From the NCBI GenBank assembly GCA_023134135.1, contig JAGLVB010000003.1, forward strand, positions 16,630 to 80,629: a stretch of 64,000 bases of DNA, given 5' to 3'. Position numbers and translations under genes: made by a program. Of this stretch, positions 55,828 through 64,000 are shown one piece after another. This DNA is from Candidatus Aenigmatarchaeota archaeon. GTDB taxonomy: Archaea; Aenigmatarchaeota; Aenigmatarchaeia; QMZS01. The notes under the pieces are model-generated. The model searched no databases. It was not told the origin of the DNA and saw only the letters and a list, made by a program, of their open reading frames with translations. How positions within the stretch are numbered: position 1 is the first letter of the stretch; every line of letters begins with the position of its first letter.

Positions 55828-57009
55828 ATGTTCGGAGGCGTCTTTGAGATAATAAGTTTTGTGCTTTTCATTGCATTGATGTTCTTTTTCCCAAAAATCA
55901 TGCTCTACCAGATTCTTACATTATTAAATGCCAAAGCCGCAAGTTACGAAGAAATGACAACAAAAGCGCAGAAATTAATACTCAAAAAAATAGACAGGAA
56001 AACAAAACTTACAAACAAACAACTGAAAGCCAGTATAGACAGAATAATGGAGACTTTTGTTGTTGAACCCGATTCCATAGACCCCAATGGCATTGCAAAA
56101 AAAGTCAGATATATTACAAATAGGCACGACAAAAAACTTGATTTATTTGTTGAAGATATTACTGAAGGATTTTCAAAAGAATACAAGAAAAATTTATCCG
56201 CAAGCATAACCCACACAATTGGTTTGTACCAAATAACAAAGATTATAAAACATTTTATTGAACTTATAAAACAGACAAAAAATTTCCAGATAGGAATGAT
56301 ACTGCAGATGCAATTGCCTTTTATTGATAAACAGATGAAAGCATTATCCAGTTCAATACCAGCTTTTATAAACAATCTGCCTGTTGGGGACTGCATAGGT
56401 CCACTTTACGCCGCAAATATAATCGGAGATTCAAAAACTGAAGAGATTACAGAAGGGACTGTTGTTGTAAAGAAAAAAATTAAAGGAAAAGAAGTCTTTA
56501 TATTAAAAGCTGATGGTCCAGGAGCAAACCTTGGAAATGTTGATGAAGCAATCAGGAAAATTGTTGCAAAGAACAAAATAGATAAGATAATTACAATAGA
56601 TGCGAGCGGGGCTCTTGAAAGCGAGAAAATAGGATTGGTTGCGGAAGGAGTTGGGTTTGCAATGGGTCCAAGAGGAGCAGAAAGATTCTTTGCTGAAACA
56701 TTCCTCACAGATAAAAACATTCCTGTTGATGGAGTTATAGTTAAAATGAAGCCTGAACAGGCATTAATGCCAATGAAAAAAGAGATTAAAGAAGCACTTC
56801 CTTTTGTTGATGAAGCAGTATGGAGGTGCATGAAAGAAGTGAAAAAGAAAGTGATAATTGTGGGTGTTGGGCTTACAGTTGGAGTTGGAAATAACAAAAA
56901 AGCCGCAGAACTTGCAGAAAAGAATATTGATGCTTATAACAAGAAAATTGAAGCAGAACTAAAGAAAAAGGAGAAAAAAGGATTTTGGGCTAAGTTATTT
57001 GGAGATTAA
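55828..57009 (+). CDS. Conserved archaeal membrane-anchored protein (DUF1512-like, tentative)
   Basis: An N-terminal transmembrane helix, a 370-aa soluble body with Gly-rich segments (GPGANLGNVDE, GFAMGPRGAERF), and a C-terminal lysine-rich tail. Confidence 0.35.
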   Translation: MFGGVFEIISFVLFIALMFFFPKIMLYQILTLLNAKAASYEEMTTKAQKLILKKIDRKTKLTNKQLKASIDRIMETFVVEPDSIDPNGIAKKVRYITNRHDKKLDLFVEDITEGFSKEYKKNLSASITHTIGLYQITKIIKHFIELIKQTKNFQIGMILQMQLPFIDKQMKALSSSIPAFINNLPVGDCIGPLYAANIIGDSKTEEITEGTVVVKKKIKGKEVFILKADGPGANLGNVDEAIRKIVAKNKIDKIITIDASGALESEKIGLVAEGVGFAMGPRGAERFFAETFLTDKNIPVDGVIVKMKPEQALMPMKKEIKEALPFVDEAVWRCMKEVKKKVIIVGVGLTVGVGNNKKAAELAEKNIDAYNKKIEAELKKKEKKGFWAKLFGD

Positions 57010-57108
57010 TCTTCCGTAACCACCCATAAAACAATCGGGGTACTTTTCAGTAAAATTTTGATTAAATTAATTTACTTATGAATAATAAGTTATAAATTTG
57101 CATTAATT

Positions 57109-57666
57109 ATGACATGGGAAACTATTGAAAGACCTGGATATTTTGGAAAGAAAAGAAATGAATTATATACTCATTGGGATGAACAATTTGGTCAAGATAA
57201 TTGGAGAATCGCATGGGAATTTGGAGAGAATTACTTTTCAAAGATTCCAGCACTCGAACTTGTATATACTACAGGATATTATGAAGATTTACGAGCTAAT
57301 CCTTATAAAGTTGAATTTTTAAAAAAATGGAAAGATGTTTGGGATACTGCAAAGACAAACATTGATTCAGGGTTGGATTTTGGAATTCAGGAAACACCAA
57401 ACAATCATTATCATGACATTGCAATAAGAAGATCTTTGAAAATGCTCGGAATTTCATTTGAAGGAAAAGAATTATTGCATATAAGATGGAAAAATAGTAA
57501 AGGGTTTGATTATAATCCTGCAATGACACCTTTTCATAGACCTGATTTAACACCTCAGGAACCAATAAAAGATTATGGAAATAAAGGTTTCTGGTGGGAA
57601 AAAGGAATTGATAACTCAATAGAAGAATGGTATCAAAGAGCTAAAGTTCTCCAAATCCAAAAATAA
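57109..57666 (+). CDS. Hypothetical protein (Trp/Tyr-rich)
   Basis: 185-aa ORF with no motif. Confidence 0.35.
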   Translation: MTWETIERPGYFGKKRNELYTHWDEQFGQDNWRIAWEFGENYFSKIPALELVYTTGYYEDLRANPYKVEFLKKWKDVWDTAKTNIDSGLDFGIQETPNNHYHDIAIRRSLKMLGISFEGKELLHIRWKNSKGFDYNPAMTPFHRPDLTPQEPIKDYGNKGFWWEKGIDNSIEEWYQRAKVLQIQK

Positions 57667-57858
57667 TCCTGTCTATTTATTAAAACTAAATATTTTATGA
57701 TTGACATCCAATATACCCATAAAACAAATAGTTATACTTGATTAAGTCTCAAATATATTTTATAAATAACTAACTATTACATAAATTTGTTTAGATTGGG
57801 TATTTTATTCAATATGTTACTACTATGACAGGGTATATATATAAATACTTATAATTAT

Positions 57859-58941
57859 ATGGGAGCTCATATAATAGATAAAGTTGGCTGGGAAGGCAAC
57901 GAACAAGAAAACTATGAAGTTTGTTCATTATTTGCCACTAAATGGCCTGAACTAACTTGGGATGAAACAAAATATAATTTAAAAGACCCAAACAGCCTTT
58001 TTCAGGATATAGACAGTATTTTGGGTATTGACCGGAAAAAAGATTATTTTGATTGTATAAATCACGGATATCTTATTATTGATTTTGATAAAAAAGAATA
58101 TTTTGACAAATTGGATAAATATGCAAATAAACTGGAAGATTCAGAAACTATGGATGAGATATATAATTGTCTGGATTACCTTAGAAACTCCAGTTTGCAT
58201 TTTTTATCAGCCTGGAATCATAATACCCGCGAAGGTGGAGCTTCCGTAATAGATAAAATAAAAGAATATGGGCAATTAAAAGAAATTTCTAATAACATTT
58301 GTGAAGAACTGTATAATTGCGTGTCTTTAGAGGAGTATAAACCTAATACAAAGAGTATATTTAAACAAACAGATAAATTAAAAGATATTTGCGGATTATT
58401 GCCAGAAGAATGCAAAAGTAAAATAAGGCAACTCGACAATCCTATAGAACACCTTATACACGCCCATAGAATTAACCTTTCAGCCCAAGATTATGATACT
58501 GCAGTGGGTATTCTTAATGGTGGTTTAGAATTGCCTTTTACCCTTAGTTATGTCCAGGACAAAACTCCTGAAATAGCTTATTTAAAATATTCTGGTTATT
58601 CTGAAGGCGATCATAACGGAGAAACAAAAATAGATGAAAAATCTTCAATACTTGAGCTGTTTGAACTAAAAGAAAAAATAGAAAATAAAAGAATAATAAT
58701 ATTAGATGATAGTATTTCTACAGGAAGAACTCTAAATAAAATCGTTGGTTTTTTGAAACCTTTGGTCGGAGATGGTGAAATTGAAGTGAGCTCCACAGAA
58801 TATATTGGACCAAAAAAAGGGATATCTCAAAATATGATAAATTATGGTCGATATATAGATGCCCCTATAATTCCCTCTACATTTAAAAGAAATATCTGGA
58901 AATCTGATATTATCAAAGTACTTGAGAAATTTAAGATTTAA
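57859..58941 (+). CDS. Phosphoribosyltransferase-domain protein with an unknown N-terminal domain
   Basis: The C-terminal PRPP-binding motif is RIIILDDSISTGRTL. The N-terminal 250 aa are unrecognised. Confidence 0.5.
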   Translation: MGAHIIDKVGWEGNEQENYEVCSLFATKWPELTWDETKYNLKDPNSLFQDIDSILGIDRKKDYFDCINHGYLIIDFDKKEYFDKLDKYANKLEDSETMDEIYNCLDYLRNSSLHFLSAWNHNTREGGASVIDKIKEYGQLKEISNNICEELYNCVSLEEYKPNTKSIFKQTDKLKDICGLLPEECKSKIRQLDNPIEHLIHAHRINLSAQDYDTAVGILNGGLELPFTLSYVQDKTPEIAYLKYSGYSEGDHNGETKIDEKSSILELFELKEKIENKRIIILDDSISTGRTLNKIVGFLKPLVGDGEIEVSSTEYIGPKKGISQNMINYGRYIDAPIIPSTFKRNIWKSDIIKVLEKFKI

Positions 58942-58968
58942 CTGCTTTATTTAATTTTTATTTAATTT

Positions 58969-59655
58969 ATGACACACCTAAAAAGACAAAAAATGCCTGG
59001 ATTTTGGCCATTGGCAAGAAAAGAGGAGAGATTTGCAGTTGTCCCTATCCCGGGACCTCATCCAAAAGCAACATCAATACCTATTACAATCGTTATCAGA
59101 GACATTCTAAAGCTCGGCAAAACCAGCAGAGATGCAAAGAAAATCCTAAATAACAAAGAGATTCTTGTGGATGGCAAAGAAATCACAGAAGGGAGGTTCC
59201 CAGTTGGATTGATGGATATTGTAACAAATAAAGGAAATAAAGAGAGTTATCTTGTGCTACCTTCAAAGAAAAGTTTTGAATTCAAAAAAATTAGCGATAA
59301 AGAAACAGATTCAAAATACTGCAAAATTATAGGCAAAACAATGGTAAAAAAAGGTCTCCAGTTAAACTTGCATAATGGCAGAAATATTCTGTTGTCAAAA
59401 GAAGATAAAGACAAATATATGGTTTCTGACACAATAAAAATTTCAATTAAATCCGGAAAAATTCTGGAAGTTATTCCTTACAAAGAAGACGCCGAGGTTT
59501 TAATTATTAGAGGCAGAAATAAAGGAGTAAAAGGAAAACTTAAAAAAATAATCATCAACAAAGACTTGCAGGGTCAGAGAGCTGATGTTGAAATTAAAGG
59601 AGAAGATAAAATATTTAAGAGAGATTTGATTTTCGTTGTTCCAAAGGATTTTTAA
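58969..59655 (+). CDS. rps4e: Ribosomal protein eS4
   Basis: HLKRQKMPGFWPLARKEERFAVVPIPGPH...IVIRDILKLGKTSRDAKKIL is the eS4 N-terminus, followed by KOW-like segments. 228 aa. Confidence 0.85.
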   Translation: MTHLKRQKMPGFWPLARKEERFAVVPIPGPHPKATSIPITIVIRDILKLGKTSRDAKKILNNKEILVDGKEITEGRFPVGLMDIVTNKGNKESYLVLPSKKSFEFKKISDKETDSKYCKIIGKTMVKKGLQLNLHNGRNILLSKEDKDKYMVSDTIKISIKSGKILEVIPYKEDAEVLIIRGRNKGVKGKLKKIIINKDLQGQRADVEIKGEDKIFKRDLIFVVPKDF

Positions 59656-59656
59656 A

Positions 59657-60271
59657 ATGGGGCACTTGTTTTTAGATATTGAAACCTATTCCTCTCAGAG
59701 TAATCCACATTCCTCTTTAAATCCTTACCTATCGGAATCCAAGATATTGGTAATAGCCTACAATTATTATCCCAATTTTAAACCTCCAATAAAAGAAGAA
59801 CTTAAATCACCTGTTTTCTTAAAGGAATGGAAATCGGATGAGAAAACAATTTTAACTGAATTTTATAAATTTCTGAAAAAAATTGAGAATGAAGATAACT
59901 ATGTGAAGATTATAGGTTTTAACATTTTGAAATTTGATTTACCTTATTTGTTTGGACGGATGAAAATATTGAATATTGCTTCTGATTTAGAACTTTATAA
60001 TTTATTATTTAGACCATTTAGTATTGACCTGTTTCAATTAAGTCCAATCATCTCTGATAAAAATAAGAAACATGAACAACTATGGGGTATTAATCACAAA
60101 GAATCTTGTAAATTCTTTAAACTTCAGATTAAAGAAGGTAATGGTTTAGAGTGCAGCCAATTTTATGATGACAAGGAATTCAATAAAATTATGAAATATT
60201 GCACCGAAGAATTTAATTTTGAACAACTCTTGGATGCATTTTATCTTTATGTAAAAGATAATCTTAACTAA
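59657..60271 (+). CDS. RNase H-like 3'-5' exonuclease (YprB/PolB-exo-like)
   Basis: Exo I motif FLDIETYS and Exo II-like IIGFNILKFDLPYL. The start is taken at MGHLFL; the ORF frame opens at 59636 inside rps4e. Confidence 0.55.
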   Translation: MGHLFLDIETYSSQSNPHSSLNPYLSESKILVIAYNYYPNFKPPIKEELKSPVFLKEWKSDEKTILTEFYKFLKKIENEDNYVKIIGFNILKFDLPYLFGRMKILNIASDLELYNLLFRPFSIDLFQLSPIISDKNKKHEQLWGINHKESCKFFKLQIKEGNGLECSQFYDDKEFNKIMKYCTEEFNFEQLLDAFYLYVKDNLN

Positions 60272-60389
60272 TTCAATTCTTATTTTAATTTATGAATTTT
60301 TCAATTTCAACAAATGGTTTCAATAAGGCATAAATGTTACAGATAATGTCTAGGAAATTGTAAATAAATCATACAAAATAATTTAGTTT

Positions 60390-61238
60390 ATGGAATCCTC
60401 CTTTTGCAGATTGTTGTGTATCTCTGATGTAAAAACGTTTGTAGACTGTGAAAAATTAATAGATGAAATAAAACCAAATTATATCTTATTTTTAGGGGAT
60501 ATTTTAAGACAAGGTTGTCAAAGATTTCCGATAACTCCAAAACAGAAAAAAGAAATAGAAAAAGAGTTGCAAGGATATACTTTTGAGCAGGATTTTAATA
60601 TACCCAAAATTGTTAAAAAACATGGAGATTTTATTATTCAAGCATATTATGATTCTTGTGAAGCTATAAAAATCTTATTTCAAAATATATTTATTAAATT
60701 TGTGAAACATTGTTTGGATAAAAAAGAGATAAAAAGAATAGTATTTATAAGAGGAAATAATGATGCTGATATAAATTATAACGACCTCGTGCAGAAGGTT
60801 TTAGGTGATAATGAAAAAATAATAACTACACAGACCTTCAAATTGGGAAATTATAAATGCTCTTCCTTGGATTATGATCAAATACATTTTAAGAAAAAAT
60901 TAAAAAAAGTCATGCCTTTGATAGAAGAATCTTCAATAATATTTACTCATGCTTCTACTTTAGATATAAAAGATTTTTTAAATAGAACTAAAAGAAGACC
61001 AAATATGATTATAACTGGTCACTCTGGAACAGAATGGCTTAAAATACAAGATACTTTTATTATACGTATAGATAATTTTCCATATAGTTTTTCTTTAATA
61101 GATATCAGCAATGGATTAAAAGTATATTTTGGAAGTTATAGCTCTTTTTCTGGAAAATTAAAAACCAGAAAAATTCTTGAACAACTTAATGAAACTATAC
61201 CTTGGAAGTTAGAATATCAACCTTGGAAGGAAGAATAA
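60390..61238 (+). CDS. Metallophosphoesterase (calcineurin-like)
   Basis: The motifs CISDV, FLGDIL, RGNND, FTHA and ITGHSG appear in canonical order. Confidence 0.55.
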   Translation: MESSFCRLLCISDVKTFVDCEKLIDEIKPNYILFLGDILRQGCQRFPITPKQKKEIEKELQGYTFEQDFNIPKIVKKHGDFIIQAYYDSCEAIKILFQNIFIKFVKHCLDKKEIKRIVFIRGNNDADINYNDLVQKVLGDNEKIITTQTFKLGNYKCSSLDYDQIHFKKKLKKVMPLIEESSIIFTHASTLDIKDFLNRTKRRPNMIITGHSGTEWLKIQDTFIIRIDNFPYSFSLIDISNGLKVYFGSYSSFSGKLKTRKILEQLNETIPWKLEYQPWKEE

Positions 61239-61321
61239 TCCCTCTCCAAAGAGTATTTTTTTCAATTAGAACTTATAAAAATTTAATTTTAATGATTTAG
61301 TAATATTGTGAAATATTATTT

Positions 61322-61720
61322 ATGAACTTCTCAATCCAGACAAAAGGATTCAATGATATAATTGACATCACAGACAAAGTCAGGGAAATTGTAAAAGAAT
61401 CAAGAGTTAAAAATGGAATTTGTCTTATTTTCTGCCCGGGTTCAACAGGCGGAATCACAACAATTGAATTTGAAACGGGAGCGATTTCTGATTTGAAAAA
61501 TGCTCTTGAAAAGATTGCTCCTATGAACAAAGATTACGAACATAACAAAAGATGGGGTGATGGAAATGGTTATGCGCATGTAAGAAGCGCTTTGCTTAAA
61601 CCATCAATGTGCATTCCGGTGGAAAATAGTGATTTGGTTTTGGGAACATGGCAGCAGATTATTTTCATTGACTTTGACAACAAACCAAGAAATAGAGAGT
61701 TAATTATTAAAGTGAAATAA
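61322..61720 (+). CDS. YjbQ/UPF0047-family protein (secondary thiamine-phosphate synthase)
   Basis: GICLIFCPGSTGGITTIEFETG...GNGYAHVRSALL...LGTWQQIIFIDFDNKPRNR matches the YjbQ family over its full 132 aa. Confidence 0.75.
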   Translation: MNFSIQTKGFNDIIDITDKVREIVKESRVKNGICLIFCPGSTGGITTIEFETGAISDLKNALEKIAPMNKDYEHNKRWGDGNGYAHVRSALLKPSMCIPVENSDLVLGTWQQIIFIDFDNKPRNRELIIKVK

Positions 61721-61732
61721 CCTTTATTATTT

Positions 61733-62317
61733 CTATTGTTCCTTCTGCTGTTTAGAATAACTTGGATACCAAGCTGAACGTTGTTCAACAAAAAATACCT
61801 GATTTTCAGTTAATTCTGTTTTTTCAACCAGTTTTTCTTTTGAATCAAGATATAATCCAACCAATTTTTCATAATTTAGATTTGAGCCCTTTCTTTTAAA
61901 ATGTTTGCCAATAGGTCCAAAAACAGGTTCATAAGGGTCATCTAAACTAGTACCCATTCTTGAATATAAATCCACTCTCTTTATTTCAGAATCTTCAGTG
62001 TGATAAATAAATTCTGTTGGCATATATCCGAGTTCGGTTTCTTCAACTCTAAGATAATCATATTCAATTTTTCCCCAAACGTCATGACCAAATAATATCT
62101 CAATATATTTATTTCCAATAGGTCCTTCGTCGATTCTCGTAATAATATGTTTAAAAGTATCATCTAATAAATCCATGCGACCTGAATGAATATAATCGCT
62201 TTGATTTTGTTCTTCATCAGGTCTAACACCATTTCGTCCATTATTTTCTCCAGCAGCACCTCTAACATATTTTTTCAAACTTTGAGTAACTTTTTTCTTA
62301 TAATCTCTAATTCCCAT
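61733..62317 (-). CDS. Hypothetical protein
   Basis: 194-aa ORF with no motif. Confidence 0.35.
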   Translation of the reverse strand: MGIRDYKKKVTQSLKKYVRGAAGENNGRNGVRPDEEQNQSDYIHSGRMDLLDDTFKHIITRIDEGPIGNKYIEILFGHDVWGKIEYDYLRVEETELGYMPTEFIYHTEDSEIKRVDLYSRMGTSLDDPYEPVFGPIGKHFKRKGSNLNYEKLVGLYLDSKEKLVEKTELTENQVFFVEQRSAWYPSYSKQQKEQ

Positions 62318-62399
62318 TTACTTCACTAATTAATAGTAATTTAAATTATAAATACCCTAATTTACCGGAAATCGGTCAATCTTTGGAAACAGAACCAAA

Positions 62400-62475
62400 T
62401 ATTTAAATTACCAAATTTCTTATATAATCAAAATTCCGAATATCATTATGAAAAAGCTAATTTTAATTGTTTCTT
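62400..62475. repeat. Direct repeat copy 1, which duplicates the promoter and first 8 codons of the 63242 gene
   Basis: TTCCGAATATCATTATGAAAAAGCTAATTTTAAT aligns with TTCCAATATTATTATGAAAAAGCTAATTCTAAT at 63229-63262. Upstream, ATATTTAAATTAC aligns with ATATCTAAATTAC. Confidence 0.65.
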
Positions 62476-63191
62476 TTTAAATCACGCAAACATTTTATAG
62501 CCGGAAATATTCCAAATAATGCAAAAAGTGCAGTAATCACAAGAGATAACACAAGATTTTTTTGTTGCTGAACTTCCATTGCGGACTTTGCTCTTATATT
62601 ACCCCATTGCCAGCTATCTAGTTTAGAATCACATTTAACAAGAATATTAATGCCATTTTGCCCTTCAAATAATTCTTGAGTTGGGAAGGGTTTAAGTTTT
62701 ATAACTTTCTTGGATAAATCTATTTTAGATATATTAATTGGTGTATCTGGAGGACTAAAATTGTTAGATTTTATTCCATTCACAATATAATTATCTATTT
62801 TATAAGTATAATACGTTACATAAATTCTCTTACAATTAGAATCCACTAAAGTCTGATTTATAATTGATAATTCTAAAATACAAATCATCTTTTGTCCTTC
62901 CATAAAATATTCATATTCTGGGTAACATGTTGCAGATACATTTATACAGGGTACAGGGACAAAAATTCCATTTAAATTTGAGTGACATTCAATAGGATTT
63001 GTAATTAATTTAAAGGCTGTATCAGGTTCTAAAACTCTTTGGTAAAAAAAGATAATCAAACCTAACGCCAATAAAAATAGAATAACAGCCAATAAAAACC
63101 AAAAAGATTTACAAAATAATGGAAATTTTCTACAAACTTTGGTTTTTATATAACACAACATTTTATAAAGATTTTTCTTTTTACGAACCAT
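62463..63191 (-). CDS. Membrane-anchored extracellular Cys-rich hypothetical protein; a single-gene cassette flanked by direct repeats
   Basis: An N-terminal transmembrane helix (FWFLLAVILFLLALGLIIFFY), a Cys-containing ectodomain, and a C-terminal transmembrane helix. The gene occupies exactly the interval between two roughly 40-75 bp direct repeats at 62400-62475 and 63196-63270. Confidence 0.45.
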   Translation of the reverse strand: MVRKKKNLYKMLCYIKTKVCRKFPLFCKSFWFLLAVILFLLALGLIIFFYQRVLEPDTAFKLITNPIECHSNLNGIFVPVPCINVSATCYPEYEYFMEGQKMICILELSIINQTLVDSNCKRIYVTYYTYKIDNYIVNGIKSNNFSPPDTPINISKIDLSKKVIKLKPFPTQELFEGQNGINILVKCDSKLDSWQWGNIRAKSAMEVQQQKNLVLSLVITALFALFGIFPAIKCLRDLKRNN

Positions 63192-63195
63192 ATCT

Positions 63196-63270
63196 AAATT
63201 ACACTTTAAAAGAGTAAGTTTATATATATTCCAATATTATTATGAAAAAGCTAATTCTAATAACCTTGGT
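63196..63270. repeat. Direct repeat copy 2 (functional promoter and 5' end of the 63242 gene)
   Basis: See copy 1. Confidence 0.65.
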
Positions 63271-64000
63271 TATTCTGGCGGCGATTTACACGGTCTTTTA
63301 CTACACAAACCCTCCTGCAATGCTGGGTGAAAAAGAAGCTGTTTATTCATCAGGCTCCATCCAGCAACCAAGACTTTCAATGTTTTTATCAGATTACACG
63401 TACATTCCTGAAACTTATAACAATCCCGAATATGAACTGCCTCTAACAGAGTTGCCGGAAAATTATCAGAGAGATTTAGTTGAAAGATTTGGAAACAATT
63501 TAAGCGAAGAACAAATACAAATTTTGCTGGATAATGGAGCTATCATTCTGCAGGGAAATGAATATAACAGATTTGAACACGCTTATTCAAACCTCAATCA
63601 AAAAGACATACCTGTGTTTATAACCTCAGATTCCATTTTGCATTTATTCCACCTTGAATTTAATGAGATTCTCAAGAATCTTGAAATTAAAAAATTATCC
63701 CCAATGCTAAAAGAATTCCTGAAATCTTTGATAAAAGAATCTATGAGACAATACAATGGGTTTGAAGATGGAGAATTAAAAGAACTTTCAAAAAGAAATA
63801 TTGCTTACCTGAGCGTTGCAATGAAATTGCTTGACCCTAATTATGTTGTCACTTATTTTGTCTCAGATGATGTGAATAAAGAGCTTGATAGGATAGAAAA
63901 ACATGAAGGATTTTTTAAATCTGAAATCATGAGCAAAGACTGTCCGGATGAATGTTTGAGACTGGCTTTTCCTAAATGGGAAGATGAAAAATGCAGCCAG
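63242..64000 (+). CDS. Secreted protein, partial (possibly DUF3160-like); it runs off the window edge
   Basis: An N-terminal signal/anchor MKKLILITLVILAAIYTVF. The frame is open to the window end. Confidence 0.4.
   Translation, partial: MKKLILITLVILAAIYTVFYYTNPPAMLGEKEAVYSSGSIQQPRLSMFLSDYTYIPETYNNPEYELPLTELPENYQRDLVERFGNNLSEEQIQILLDNGAIILQGNEYNRFEHAYSNLNQKDIPVFITSDSILHLFHLEFNEILKNLEIKKLSPMLKEFLKSLIKESMRQYNGFEDGELKELSKRNIAYLSVAMKLLDPNYVVTYFVSDDVNKELDRIEKHEGFFKSEIMSKDCPDECLRLAFPKWEDEKCSQ

Overview
The window is AT-rich (about 30% GC), densely coding, and looks like an archaeal chromosome of the reduced DPANN-like type. Archaeal markers include archease, the diphthamide enzyme Dph2, archaeal-type ribosomal proteins eL32, uS19, uL22 and eS4, a type-2 methionine aminopeptidase, a PIN-ATPase-KH protein and an MtrA-like domain. 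The ribosomal-protein cluster is fragmented by unrelated genes. Housekeeping genes include serS, map, ppaC, a P-type ATPase, a CPA2 antiporter and two ABC transporters. I found no tRNA, rRNA or CRISPR, and no clear mobile-element genes.

The more unusual content is as follows.
- A caspase-like (C14) protein with a C-terminal domain I could not assign sits convergent to a stand-alone HerA/DUF87 ATPase.
- A seven-gene minus-strand operon joins a regulator, a secreted protein and a MacB-like ABC exporter to a large radical-SAM enzyme and two unknown proteins.
- A BglII-like restriction enzyme, an N4/N6 methyltransferase and a small RHH protein form a compact R-M module, next to CYTH, ASCH and unknown genes.
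- An MtrA-like domain is fused to a thymidylate-synthase-like domain.
- Two reading frames carry a single in-frame stop each: a MazG-like gene (TAA) and a membrane-protein gene (TAG).
- Three gene blocks are each flanked by 35-75 bp direct repeats, and in each case one repeat copy overlaps the end of a neighbouring gene. These look like cassette insertions with long target duplications.
- Two GC-rich hairpin or palindrome clusters and one degenerate CT-rich tandem-repeat tract lie in intergenic DNA.

All calls rest on reading the supplied ORF translations for motifs and on aligning nucleotide stretches by eye. No database search was possible.
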